Source: Octopus vulgaris (Eukaryota). From it: a DNA stretch of 64,000 bases. The first letter of the stretch is position 1, and each line of letters opens with the position of its first letter. Of the stretch, positions 26,947-38,583 are shown in pieces. The stretch covers positions 142,848,001 through 142,912,000 of the forward strand of contig OX597818.1 in assembly GCA_951406725.2 (NCBI GenBank). Reading direction: 5' to 3'. A program made the position numbers and the translations under genes. Under the pieces are notes generated by a model. It saw only the letters and a program-made list of their open reading frames with translations. It was not told where the DNA came from and searched no databases.

Positions 26947-27523
26947 TATAAATATAACCAACAATATTAACGTATATATTTATATATATATATATACTGT
27001 TTTTACTGCAAATTTTTATGATTATTTACCCTAGGAAAGGCGACAAGCTGACAGAAAAATTAGCACGCTAAACGGCATTTCATCCATTTTTTGCCTTCTG
27101 AGATCAAATTCCGTCGAGGTCAACTGTGCCTTTCATCCTTCCAGATGAGTACCAGTTGTGCCGAGGTCGATGTAATCGACTTACTCTCCCCACTCAATGG
27201 TCAGGCCTTGAGCCTATAGAAGAAAGGAGTATTTACACCAAATTGTTCTGTTACTCCTGGAGTGATTGATAAAGAGAAATGCTGATAGAGGGGGATGCGG
27301 CAGAAAGAAATAGATATTCATCCTTTGTAGTTTTTCCATTTTCTTCAATTCCCTTTCCTCTTTATATTCTCCTTTTTGTCTTTTTCTCATTTTTATTCCC
27401 CCACTCCCTTTTCTCCACCCCCCCTTTTTTAAAATTTGCGAGGTCACATTTTTTTTCCATTCCTCTGGGGTTCTGTCCATCTGTATCTCAGTCTACATTT
27501 GCTCAATATTTACATATACATAA

Positions 27524-27909
27524 GCGCAGGAGTGGCTGTGTGGTAAGTAGCTTGCTTACCAACCACATGGTTCCGGTTTCAGTCCCACTGCGTGGCACCT
27601 TGGGCAAGTGTCTTCTACTATAGCCTCGGGCCCACCAAAGCCTTGTGAGTGGATTTGGTAGACGGAAACTGAAAGAAGCCCGTCGTGTATATATATATGT
27701 GTGTGTGTGTGTGTTTGTCCCTCCAACATCGCTTGACAACCGATGGTGGTGTGTTTATGTCCCCGTAACTTAGCGGTTCGGCAAAAGAGACCGATAGAAT
27801 AAGTACTAGGCTTACAAAGAATAAGTCCTGGGGTCGATTTGCTCGACTAAAGGCGGTGCTCCAGCATGGCCGCAGTCAAATGACTGAAACAAGTAAAAGA
27901 ATAAAGAGT
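27524..27909 (+). mobile_element. SINE family B, full length (tRNA-like head, CORE-like ccttgggcaagt, internal (TA/TG)n, aaaga tail)
   Basis: gcgcaggagtggctgtgtggtaag...ggttccggtttcagtccc...gactgaaacaagtaaaaga; many relatives in the window. Confidence 0.88.
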
Positions 27910-28599
27910 ATACCTTTTTGAAATCGGGATGATTCTGGTGTAAAGATTTCAAGTTACCCCCGTTTCAAGCTACCTCTCGTTAATCTGAAATCGATTTCAG
28001 ATTACCAGCATAACCTGAAGCCGATTTCAAATTACCACCGCGCTGTTCACATTACTCCCTCAAATGATTTTGCTAAAATAATAAATTCTGAGACAACTCA
28101 TGATATTTTTATAACATTAAACACCGATTACATTCAAAATTGTAAACCAATCTTAAAATAAGACAATTGATATATATTTTTAACACTTTTATGATGCGCT
28201 GAAAAGAACATGTCGAATTTCAGAGATTCTGTGTTTGCAATTTTTAAAAAAATAAAACCCTCTTTTTTTTGTTAATGAGAAAGTAATTTAGATTATAGTC
28301 CTTTTTTTCCCAGAGATATATAACAGATGTATGTTGTTTATAGTGGAGTGACAGAATGTAACGATAAGAGATTGATTTGAAGAACGATATGTGTTTTATA
28401 TACAAACTGAAATTTATTTACACGCTTTGAATTGGTAACGAAATGTATTTATATACATTTAAACATATCCGCAGTTTTTTTCGTTTTTTTCTTCTTAGTT
28501 TGGTGTCTGGTTATCTTGATTTTCGTATTTTGTTTTTCGTTTTTTACTTGCTAGTGGTTGCTCAATATATCGAATGAGGTTGGTAGCATTTACTTTCTT

Positions 28600-29415
28600 T
28601 CTTAGTACTTTACTGTTATTTGAAAATCAATATTTTTGCCACAAACTTCTGCAACAGTGAAAGGACCTGTGCAGCGTTCCGTAAAATGTCCTCTCGAATT
28701 AGGTTTTTGAGCAGAACTATATTTCCAATACCGAACTGCTGTCGCTCGTGCTTTTTTTTTTTTATCGAATTGTTCTTTTTGAACGGACTCAGCTATTCTA
28801 ATATTGGAAGCAACTCGAGAAATCAAACTGCTCTCATAAGGTCAATTTTTCTGGATATAGATTGATCATTTCCAAAATTGTCCCGATCTTTGGCAGTTGA
28901 GTTGTGTTGTAGTTCAGCTGGAAGTGTAGTTTGCCTGTTGTATAAAATTTGAAACGGGGTAAAATGTGTTGAAGAATGTTTGGCTGTTCGATGCGCAAAC
29001 AGAACTGCTGGTAAGCATTCAACCCAGTTGCCGCGGTCCTCAAGGGATTTGATAAAAGCATCTTTTATAGTGCGATTCTATCGCTCGACGAGGCCATTTG
29101 CTCGAAGGCTTATGTGCTGCTGTGTTCCTGTCAGTTTATGTAGTTCTGCAGACACTCTGCTTACGAATTCTCTTCTTTAATCATTTATCTGAATTTTTCA
29201 AAGAGAAACTTCCCCACACTTTCCGCTGTGTGATCTTTCAAAGGTCGAGCCTCGGGCCATTTGGAAAAGTAATCCATTACAACAACAATGCAACAATAAC
29301 CATAATCTGTTTTTGGCAAATTGGTGATATCGACTCCAATTTAGGCCATCGCTTCATTTGGCACAGGAACGGGATGAAGCTCACCAACATTAATTTTGTG
29401 AACAAGGTTCATTTT
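28600..29415 (-). pseudogene. Gypsy-type/Ginger integrase relic
   Basis: Minus strand: 'LHPVPVPNEAMA*IGVDITNLPKTDYGYCCIVVVMDYFSKWPEARPLKDHTAESVGKFL', 'NGLVER*NRTIKDAFIKSLEDRGNWVECLPAVLFAHRTAKHSSTHFTPFQILY', 'CTGPFTV' (GPY/F). Confidence 0.88.
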
Positions 29416-29827
29416 TGACACCAATCACTGGACAGGGAAAGGGAGAAAATGTGTTTATTCCAAGAATTCCAACAGACATACCCGTTAAATTCAAAAGACT
29501 TCAATTTCCAGTAAGAGTTAGTTTTGCAATGTCAAGGACAGTCACTGAAAATTGTTGAACTTCAGAGTTCCAGAGAAGAAAATAGCAACAATCTCTTCAT
29601 ACTCACACCAAATGGTAAAGCTAAGAATATTGTTTATCCTGCTTCTTTACAGTGAGCTTCAAATATCACAGTGATACAAAATTCTCCAACAGTGATACTC
29701 TATGATATAAATCTGAGATGGTAGGATACCAATAAATGTTTTATTATTATTTCCCTCATAAGTGTTGGGCCGCAAGCCCAATTAACCCTCCGCAGAAGCT
29801 ACCTTAAAAGTCCGGCTTTGGAGCTAG
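29416..29827 (+). mobile_element. Helitron 3' fragment (helicase C-terminus plus terminus)
   Basis: 'ITGQGKGENVFIPRIPTDIPVKFKRLQFPVRVSFAMS..QGQSLK...NLFILTPNGKAKNIVYPASLQ*'; hairpin TTGGGC-cgcaa-GCCCAA at ~29765-29781; CTAG|T at 29824-29828. Confidence 0.82.
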
Positions 29828-30628
29828 TATACATATAAAATTTAGCGTCCACTTTCCCATGCTTGTATGAGTCGGACAGAGTTTATTGTGGCAGATTTTC
29901 TATGGCCAGATGCGTATCATGTTGCCAGTCCACACCTGTTTCCAAGCAAGGTAATATTTCCCGTAGACAATAATTTTCTCATAAATATTAGAAATGAATG
30001 AAACTGCTTGTATGGCAGAAACAATTACTTAACGACTGTTACACGATGTCAAGACAAGGAGACACAAACATACACACACTTATATACATATATGATAAAT
30101 AGTGCCACACATTGGGAGTGAACCCAGAACCCTGTGGTCGGGAAGCAAAATTCTTACCACACCTCCACGCTTGTGCCCCCCACCCCGCCGCCCCAAGCAA
30201 ACCCTTCTCTCTTACCTGCTTATCCTCGCATCACCACCTCTGACACACGTTTGAGTAAACTTTACAAGAAACTTTAAAAGCCTTATCTGATGTTTGTGTT
30301 TGATAATGATTTTAACGAGGCCAAAGGTTATCTTCGCGAGAGGTGAGTGTATATGGTGAGTAATTGCTAGGCCTAAAAGCTTGCAAGGAGTGCAGTAAGA
30401 GTGATTGCCTCTCTTGGCAAATAAATTAATGGTCTTTGGGAAAGGCATGACTACCATAACGTCTCTTGCATTATCACACGTAAAGGAAACAAAATACTAA
30501 GTTTGATGTGTCAAAAGTAATTATCAATGAATGTTGTTTAACTCCGCTCACTCGTAATCTGAATGTCTTCCGTGGCGAAGACATTCTGACCTGGATAGTC
30601 TTGATTGTTTTTTTGTACAAAAATAGTG

Positions 30629-31054
30629 GGATCTTTTCGGTTTGAACGGCAGTTTTTTCTAGCTGTGTCATATGAAATTGTCACCCATAATTATGACCCT
30701 AGAATCGATCTATTGCATTTCAATCTCTCTTAGGTTAGGGTTAGGGGTGGGGGTGGGGAGAAGGGTATCTATTTTTCTTCACAAATGCAAATAAACCCAA
30801 TCTGTTTCTTAAACGAGGGACATATTCATACGGCACAGAATGTTATTTTTTTACCTCAATGGACGTCAGTGGTTGGTTTAAATTTCAGAAATTGAAGAAA
30901 ATAAACAACAAATATCTTACAAACCATGGAATTTTCTCAATAAAGCCAAGAGAAAAAGATGTTTTATAAACACATTTTACCAGTATACGAAGTTTAACAT
31001 TTTTTAGTTACCTAGAAATTATGATAAAAACTGCCGTTCAAACCGAAAAGATCC
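30629..31054. mobile_element. Merlin-type MITE, family 1 (426 bp), intact
   Basis: ~29-bp TIRs GGATCTTTTCGGTTTGAACGGCAGTTTTT; perfect 8-bp TSD AAATAGTG (30621-30628 and 31055-31062). Confidence 0.92.
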
Positions 31055-31988
31055 AAATAGTGTATTTAGGGGCACATTATCTAACATGTTCCTTGCCTTT
31101 TGAATACGGTTGTAATTTGAGGGAGATTTGGTTGCTGTTTCTAGCAATTTGGTTAACCATGTTGGCAGGAAGTTGAATATTGTACTCAATGTCAGGTAGC
31201 GAATTGGTAGAATCATTCGAGGGTCGCGTAGAATGTTTTGAGGTATTTGTTTTGGCTCTCCACTTTCTGAATTCAAATCCCACCAAGGCCAACTTTGTCT
31301 TTCAACCTGCAGATTCCATACAGTATCTGCAGGGTCTCCAAGAGGAATTTGGAAAGTGGAACAAGACTGCTTTCGTCTTCTCTTATCAGAATTAGAGAAT
31401 TTCAAAAGTCAAGATGGTTGTGAGTTGTGTTTGTTTTATTTTAAGGGGTCCATTCCATCTCCATAAGTCTCTGTGGGCCAACACACCCGCTGAACTCTGC
31501 CTCATCTACGCTCTGGTACTGTCAAGTACAGGGTACCAATTCTCTCTTCCTCTCTCTCTCTCTGAATCGGCCTCGTTGAAGGGCCCGGGGAAGGTGCGCC
31601 GACATAGCAGTCCTGCCAATCTATAGAAACACGTATGCAAGTGTTGAGAATATGATAATGTGATCTAATGAACGGCTTCAAATCCTGCATCTGCATTATT
31701 TCTACACAACTTTCACATTTTCCTTTCAGACCAAGGAAACCTATGCGGTCGTTCGACCTACTAAACATATCAGCTAAATATTCTACAAGTTACACTCTAC
31801 CGTCTTAAAAAAAAGAAGGAAAAGCCTTATATTTTACAATACTAGAGGAAAGATATGATGGTCATGCTTGGAATGCCATTGATCAGTAAGGTTTGATGGA
31901 TTAGGACTGACGTGGTTGCTAGATAACTGCTGCTGCTAGAGCTACTTTTTAAAAATCAACCTGGCCACATTGTAACATCCATTCTCTT

Positions 31989-32233
31989 CACCTGCCATCC
32001 TCTCTGACATATATCAATCAACCTGTATAAGCTTTCAATAAACACCTGTTCTAGTTTTTTTTCCCTTACCTGTCATGTATCTACCTGAACGAAAATGCGG
32101 AACCGGGCGCAAAAATCATGTTAGCAGTTAATTACCTGTCTCCCTAAATCTCATGTCTGTCCCCACATTTAGTTTAGCACAAAATCACTCCCTAAATCTG
32201 TCGATCCCTACATTTGGTTTTGCACAAAATCAG
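31989..32233. promoter_or_regulatory. Candidate cis-regulatory cluster (five YACCTG sites plus a ~45-bp tandem duplication)
   Basis: CACCTG 31989, 32043; TACCTG 32067, 32082, 32133; duplicated tccctaaatct...acattt.gttt.gcacaaaatca at ~32140-32233. Function inferred only. Confidence 0.35.
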
Positions 32234-32486
32234 CTGCGATTAAGTTGGTTGATTTGATCGTCCCCGAGTTGTAAGGAGAAGAAAAACAAAATTACCAAAG
32301 GAAAAACAAAAATTGAGAAGATTTAACTAAACATGAAATGAAAAAAATTGAACATTTCTTTTATTTCGTAATTCGGGTCATTAAAATCTATATTATAGAT
32401 TTTCTTCTAAGTTATGAGTGCGTGTGTGTATGAGAGAGGGAGAGAGCAATTGAGAAACAGTTTATCTAATAACGAAAGCCATAACA

Positions 32487-32539
<53 letters not shown>

Positions 32540-32979
32540 AAAACAAAATATTGAAATTATTCTTTGGAGCAAAGAGTTGGTCCCTAAATATCAAATTCTT
32601 CTGTCTCATGGAGTTCGAACTGATTTAAATTTACGATCTTTGCTGCACGATTTTGTCGTCTCTCAGGTCACCACTAATTTCCGTAACCTCTTTTCTTTAT
32701 CTTATTTTAATGTCGTACATTCAAAGGACGGTTATAACTACCGTTTAGCGCCCGCAACGACCTTGCCTATTTCCTTATAACTTTCTTTTTTTTTTTTTTT
32801 TTTTTTTTTTGACAGAAGGCTATATGTTTGAGGCGAGTAATTAAATCGATCCCAGTAAATGATTGTTACTTTATTTTATCGACTCGGGAAGGATGAAAAA
32901 ACAAAGTGAGATGTAAACTCTGAAGATTAACAACCTGAAAATTACCAAAAGCACTTTCGGCTGACTATCTTTAATAATA

Positions 32980-33092
32980 TATTGGATTGGCAACCAAGTT
33001 CCCGCCGATTTTTTAAATTTTGGAATTTATTGCGTTTTTAAATTTTGGAATCTATTTTTCTCGAGAATTCTATTTTTAATCATTTTGGAATA

Positions 33093-33123
<31 letters not shown>

Positions 33124-33790
33124 TTCTAGTTAATTTTAGTTTTTCAGATCATTAAAATGCAATGTCAAGTTAAGAAAAACAAGCATTTTCGACACCTCCT
33201 TCTTTTTTGCTTTTAATCAAGGTTCTAAGGCTGCAAAAAATGTTCGCGACATTTGTGCTATGTATGGAGAGGGTACCATAGTTGAAAGAACCGCTCATAA
33301 TTGGTATGCCAAATTCAAAAATGGAAATTTTGACCTCAAAGACGCATCTCGTTCTGACCGTCCAGTTGAGTTCGATGAAGAGCGATTAAGCCAATTTTTG
33401 CCCGAAAATTCTTGTGAAACGACAAGGGAACTGGAAAAGAAAATGGAATGCTCCTACACTGGTATAGAGAAGCATCCACATTCGATGGGAAAGGTTCAGA
33501 AGTGTGGAGCATGGGTTCCGCATGCTTTAAGTAACAACAACAAAAATCAACGAGCCACAATCTCCGCTGGTTTGCTTGCTCGTCACCGCTCAACTCATGG
33601 ACACAAGCAACGATTTCTTTACCGAATCGTTACTCGCGTCGAAAAATGGTGCCTGTACATCAATATGAAGTAGCGTAAGGGATGGCTTAGCTCTGGTAAA
33701 CAAGCGACACCGCGCGTGAAACAAGATCTTCCGCGTAAAACGATGTTGTGCGTATGGTGGGACTGGGAAGGGATTATCCATTACGAATTG
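32980..33790 (+). mobile_element. 3'-truncated mariner transposon (transposase pseudogene)
   Basis: TA-TTGGATTGGCAACCAAGT left TIR; ATG 33157, one frameshift; HTH region, 'GAWVPHAL', 'RIVTRVEKWCLY', stop, then 'KTMLCVWWDWEGIIHYEL'. Confidence 0.92.
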
Positions 33791-33858
33791 AAGAAAAAAA
33801 CAACAAATATCTTACAAACTATAGAATTTTCTCAATAAAGCCAAGAGAAAAAGATGTT

Positions 33859-34567
33859 GGATCTTTTCCTTTTGAACGGCAGACAATTTCTAGTTTACTA
33901 AGCACTTTAAAACTTCGTATACTGGTAGAATGTGTCAAAATAAAACATTTTTTTCTCTTGGCTTTCTTGAGAAAATTGTAATTTGTTTGTTTAACGTAGT
34001 TTAATTTTTCGAATTTTGAGCTAAAATCATTTGCTGCGTCTAAAACTGAGACAACATCCTGTCACAAACCCTCAATCTAACCCTAACCCTAAATTTTTTT
34101 CTTAATTGTTAAATTAATTTAATTGTTACGCGTGTAAAAAAAAACCGAAAACAATGGAAAATAATTTAAACAATTAACAATTTCCGTATATGTACGGAAA
34201 GTGTGTGTATAAAATTATAGAATTATTTTGTTTGTTAATTGTTTAAATTATTTTCCATTGCTTTCGTTTTTTTTTACACGCATAACAATTAAGAAAAAAA
34301 AAGTTAGGGTTAGGTTGAGGGTTTGTGACAGGATGTTGTCTCAGTTTTAGACGCAGCAAATGATTTTAGCTCACTAGAGGCGATTCATTGGTTAAAATTG
34401 CCGAAATGCTCGAAATTTCAGACGAAATATCTTACAAACTATAGAATTTTCTCAATAAAACCAAGAGAAAATGATGTTTTATAAACACATTCTACCAGTA
34501 TATGAAGTTTAAAACTTTTTAGTTACCTAGAAATTGTTACAAACTGCCGTTCAAACCGAAAAGATCC
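33859..34567. mobile_element. Foldback (doubly palindromic) Merlin-type element, preceded by a family 1 MITE fragment (33785-33858)
   Basis: GGATCTTTTCC..TTGAACGGCAG / CTGCCGTTCAAACCGAAAAGATCC termini; ~130-bp imperfect outer arms; inner arms 34018-34180 and 34232-34372; no TSD. Confidence 0.88.
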
Positions 34568-35089
34568 AAAACAAAAATTAAAAATGAAAAAATTCCCGTC
34601 AAAATGGGATAAATCCAACTTATGTGGGTATCCTGATTCTATACCCCGCCTTGATCAAAAATGGCCCTTTTATTTTATCCAAATTTATTTTATCAGTGCG
34701 ATTTGAACGCAAAACAAAATAAGTCAGGACAAATACCATAAGATGTTATGGCCAACATTCAACAATTCTGCTAATCTATCGCCTGTCATGTATTTTAAAT
34801 GTCACCAATTTTGACAGACTCTTGACTTCATTATACACTAGACAATATTTTACCTGTCTGTGTTAAACGATTGTGTTAGACCAAATCTAAGATACTGTAT
34901 GTGACTAGTTATATGTATTTGTCTGCTTTAGTGTGTTTACTTTCTATCGTCTGTAATCAAGGTCAGATCATAAAACAACCTGGAACCTTTTTATGTGTCA
35001 CATTCATTACCTATTTTTACCCCGTCATTATTTGAAATTCTTTCTAAAGGCATTTATTTTTGTATACTTCCACTTTATTTATCATCATT

Positions 35090-35330
35090 ATTATCATCAT
35101 CGTCTTTTAGCGTCAGCTTTCCATTCTGGCATAGGTTAGATGGTTTGACTGAAACTGGAAAGCTGAACCAGGTTCCAATCTGATTTGGCATGGTTTCTAC
35201 AGCTGGATGCCCTTCTTAATGCCAACTACTCCAAGAGTGTAAAGGGTGCTTTTATGTGCCACTTACATGACACTGGCATCGGCCATGACTCTGATTTCAC
35301 TTGGCTTCACAGGTCTTCTCAAGCACGGAA
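35090..35330 (-). mobile_element. SINE-like family C fragment ((GAT)n tail)
   Basis: atcatcatcgtc...ttccat.ctggcat.ggtt.gatggtt...gctggatgcccttc, reverse of 45720-46088. Confidence 0.7.
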
Positions 35331-35398
35331 TATCACCAAAGATCTCAGTCGCTTGTCATTGCTTCTGTGACTGAGGCCTTATATATTGTGCTTGAGAA

Positions 35399-35627
35399 CT
35401 TAGTTAGTTAGTTAGTTAGTTAGTTAATTTTTTGGCTCAAAAAACAAAAAGCAAGGCCATGTAGAGGGACATGGAGTTATGTACAGGGTGGTGTTCATGT
35501 AAAGTGTTCAGGCCACTTGAGGTCAAGGGAGACTTTGAACAAAGTGGTCGTCGGCATCTTCACCATCTCGTCTGGCAGCTTATTCCACGGATCCGCAACC
35601 CGAACGGAGAAAGCCCCTCTCCTTCGA
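35399..35627 (-). mobile_element. CR1-like LINE 3' end with (ACTA)n tail
   Basis: Minus strand 'RRRGAFSVRVADPWNKLPDEMVKMPTTTLFKVSLD..W'. Confidence 0.75.
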
Positions 35628-36651
35628 GAAGACCCGTGAAGTCATAGTCGTAACCAATGCTGGTGGCATGTAAATTTCTTCTGCCTTTTTAAATGCAAAG
35701 TCTTTCATCAGATCCTCACCATGACATCACGAACACTTCAAAATTATATTTCTGATCATGTAAACTACTTTGAAAATGAGCAAGTTTAGAGTGAATCTCT
35801 TTTATGCTGTTAACCATTTACCGTTTCTGTAGTGATCGCCTTCCCTTGATGCCTTAATCACATGCTTATTTTGCTTAATGGTTAATGCAGCATTGGTTGG
35901 AGTGATGGTGTTGTTGTGTGGGTGTTGGTCGAATATTTGCTTTTAGCTGCAAATCAGATGTAACCAAGCAAACTTGAAATCAGGCATTCCAACCATAACC
36001 ATCTTGTCTTTTTTCAAACATCTTGTCTTTTTTCTTGTGTCCTTTCTTTATTGAGATACAAGAGTGTAATATAAGAGAAATTTGGCTGCTACTTTTAGCC
36101 TGTCAAACGACCAGATAAAGCCTCTCATTGTTGTTCTGATGGCACACAAGTAGCTGGTTGAGTGACAAGTTGCGATTCACAGAGCCATCTTAGTAGTTAT
36201 ACAATATCCTCTATGTAAATGAGAACTGCTGCATTCTCAGACAAATGGTGAGGAATCCTATAAATATGCAGTTGTGGAAATGTGAACATGTTTTTCTGTC
36301 CATTGTCCAGTCTTTTCGTGTATGTCCATAGATTTCGGTGGTCTTCACAGTAGAGGCAGGTAAGCTGGATTCCTCAGAGTGTGACAATATCTATTCCTCT
36401 GCAGTTATCATTGTTGATGTAAGTATCTCCTCTCAGTACAACGATTGAGGTCAGTGGGGCATTGCAGCTAATTCTCTGTGTATGGGTTCTTAAATTTGTC
36501 TGGATAGGTAATATACTTACGTGTTGTAGATGTGGGATCTGTTTGAAGGTGTTTTTATCATGTCACGACAGGAAGTGTAATGGTTGAATGTCCAGACAGT
36601 CTTTCATGTTTAATATTTTTCTTTCATTGTGTTAGTTTTGTGTAGTTGTGG

Positions 36652-37066
36652 ACGGTGAGCTGGCAGAGACGTTAGCACGCCGGGTGTAATGCTTAGCGGT
36701 ATTTCGTCTGCCGTTTCGTTCTGAGTTCAAATTCCGCCGAGGTCGACTTTGCCTTTCATCCTTTCGGGGTCGATAAAGTAAGTACCAGTTACGCACTGGG
36801 GTCACTATAATCGACTTAATCCGTTTGTTTGTCCTTGTTTGTCTCCTCTGTGTTTAGCCCCTTGTGGGTAATAAAGAAATAGGTATTTCGTCTGCCGTTT
36901 CGTTCTGAGTTCAAATTCCGCCGAGGTCGACTTTGCCTTTCATCCTTTCAGGGTCGATAAAGTAAGTACCAGTTATGCACTGGGGTCGCTATAATCGACT
37001 TAATCCGTTAGTTTGTCCTTGTTTGTCTCCTCTGTGTTTAGCCCGTTGCGGGTAGTAAAGAAATAG
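36652..37066 (+). mobile_element. SINE family A with tandemly duplicated ~184-bp body
   Basis: One head, then two near-identical units ggtatttcgtctgccgtttcgttctgag...aagaaatagg. Confidence 0.88.
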
Positions 37067-37346
37067 GTCTTTGTGCAATCTGTTATGAATTGTAGGGCAC
37101 AGTTTTGTGTTCCTTGTGGTTTGTTGTGGAGAGACTGTAAACCCAAGTACAACCAATGTGGTTCATAATGGATTTAATGTATTGTTTTGTGTACCATTGA
37201 TGTTGTTTCTGTTGGACAAACGTACTGCCTGTGATTGCTTTATGTACGTTTGCATCATGTTGCTGTGTTGTGGAAGAAGAGTTTCATGTGTCTCCTAGTA
37301 TTTCTATCTTCTGAATGTGGTATGTTTATGTTGCTACATGTGATAT

Positions 37347-37571
37347 CTTTTCTTTAATCTTTTACTCGTTTCAGTCATTTGACTGTGGCCATGCTGGAGC
37401 ACCGCCTTTAGTCGGGCAAATCGACCCCGGGACTTATTCTTTGTAAGCCTAGTACTTATTCTATCGGTCTCTTTTGCCGAACCGCTAAGTGACGGCGGTG
37501 TAAACACACCAGCATCGGTTGTCAAGCAATGCTAGGGGGGCAAACACAGACAAACAAACACAGACACACAA

Positions 37572-37602
<31 letters not shown>

Positions 37603-37773
37603 CATATATACAACAGGCTTATTTCAGTTTCCGTCTATCAAATCCAATCACAAGGCATTGGTCGGCCCGGGGCTATAGCAGAAGACACTTGCCCAAGATG
37701 CCACGCAGTGGGACTGAACCCGGAACCATGTGGTTGGTTAGCAAGCTACTTACCACACAGCCACTCCTGCGCC
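37347..37773 (-). mobile_element. SINE family B, full length
   Basis: Reverse match to 27524-27909. Confidence 0.88.
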
Positions 37774-38190
37774 TATATCAATTCATTTGATATTCTCTGC
37801 TGTTACTGCTGTAAAGGGGACAGTACATTTGGTAGATGATGCTTTAAACCTGTTGTTGGGGAATCCATGTCAAGGTGATTTAAGTATGGTTGAAGTAGTT
37901 GTAAAGTAGTGTCGTCTGGAGAGTCGTGGAAGGGAGTGAGTGTGATATCAGTATAAGGGGCTGTATGTCTGGTGGCGTGGGAAGATCATGTAGGAATAGG
38001 GTGAAAGGAGTGAGTGAGAGGCCGAATCCCTATTGTACTCTATTTGGGGAAATGCATGCCCTGGAAGTGTTCCTGTGCACCTTATTAGTTTGGCAGCCTG
38101 ATAAGCTGGCCAGTGTGTGTTGAGGAAATATTGAGTATTTTTTGTATGAATGAATAGCAGAAAATGAAGTTAAAAATTTTGATAGCATAT

Positions 38191-38583
38191 CTCTTTTACT
38201 CTTTTACTCTTTTCAGTCATTTGACTGTGGCCATGCTGGAGCACCGCCTTTAATCGAGCAACTCGACCCCGGGACTTATTCTTTTGTAAGCCCAGTACTT
38301 ATTCTATCGGTCTGTTTTGCCAAACCGCTAAGTAATGGGGACATAAACACACCAGCATCGGTTGTGAAGCAATGCTAGGGGGACAAACACACGCATATAT
38401 ATATATATAAATATACATATATACGACGGGCTTCTTTTCAGTTTCCGTCTACCAAATCCACTCACAAGGCTTTGGTTGGCCTGAGGCTATAGTAGAAGAC
38501 ACTTGCCCAAGGTGCCACGCAGTGGGACTGAACCCGGAACCATGTGGATGGTAAACAAGCTACTTACCACACAGCCACTCCTG
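38191..38583 (-). mobile_element. SINE family B, near full length
   Basis: Reverse match to 27524-27909. Confidence 0.87.

Noticed and set aside
34780-34900. Possible non-coding first exon of the tetraspanin (GTATGT donor-like site near 34897)
   Set aside because: The position fits the CpG boundary, but signals are too weak to call without transcript data.
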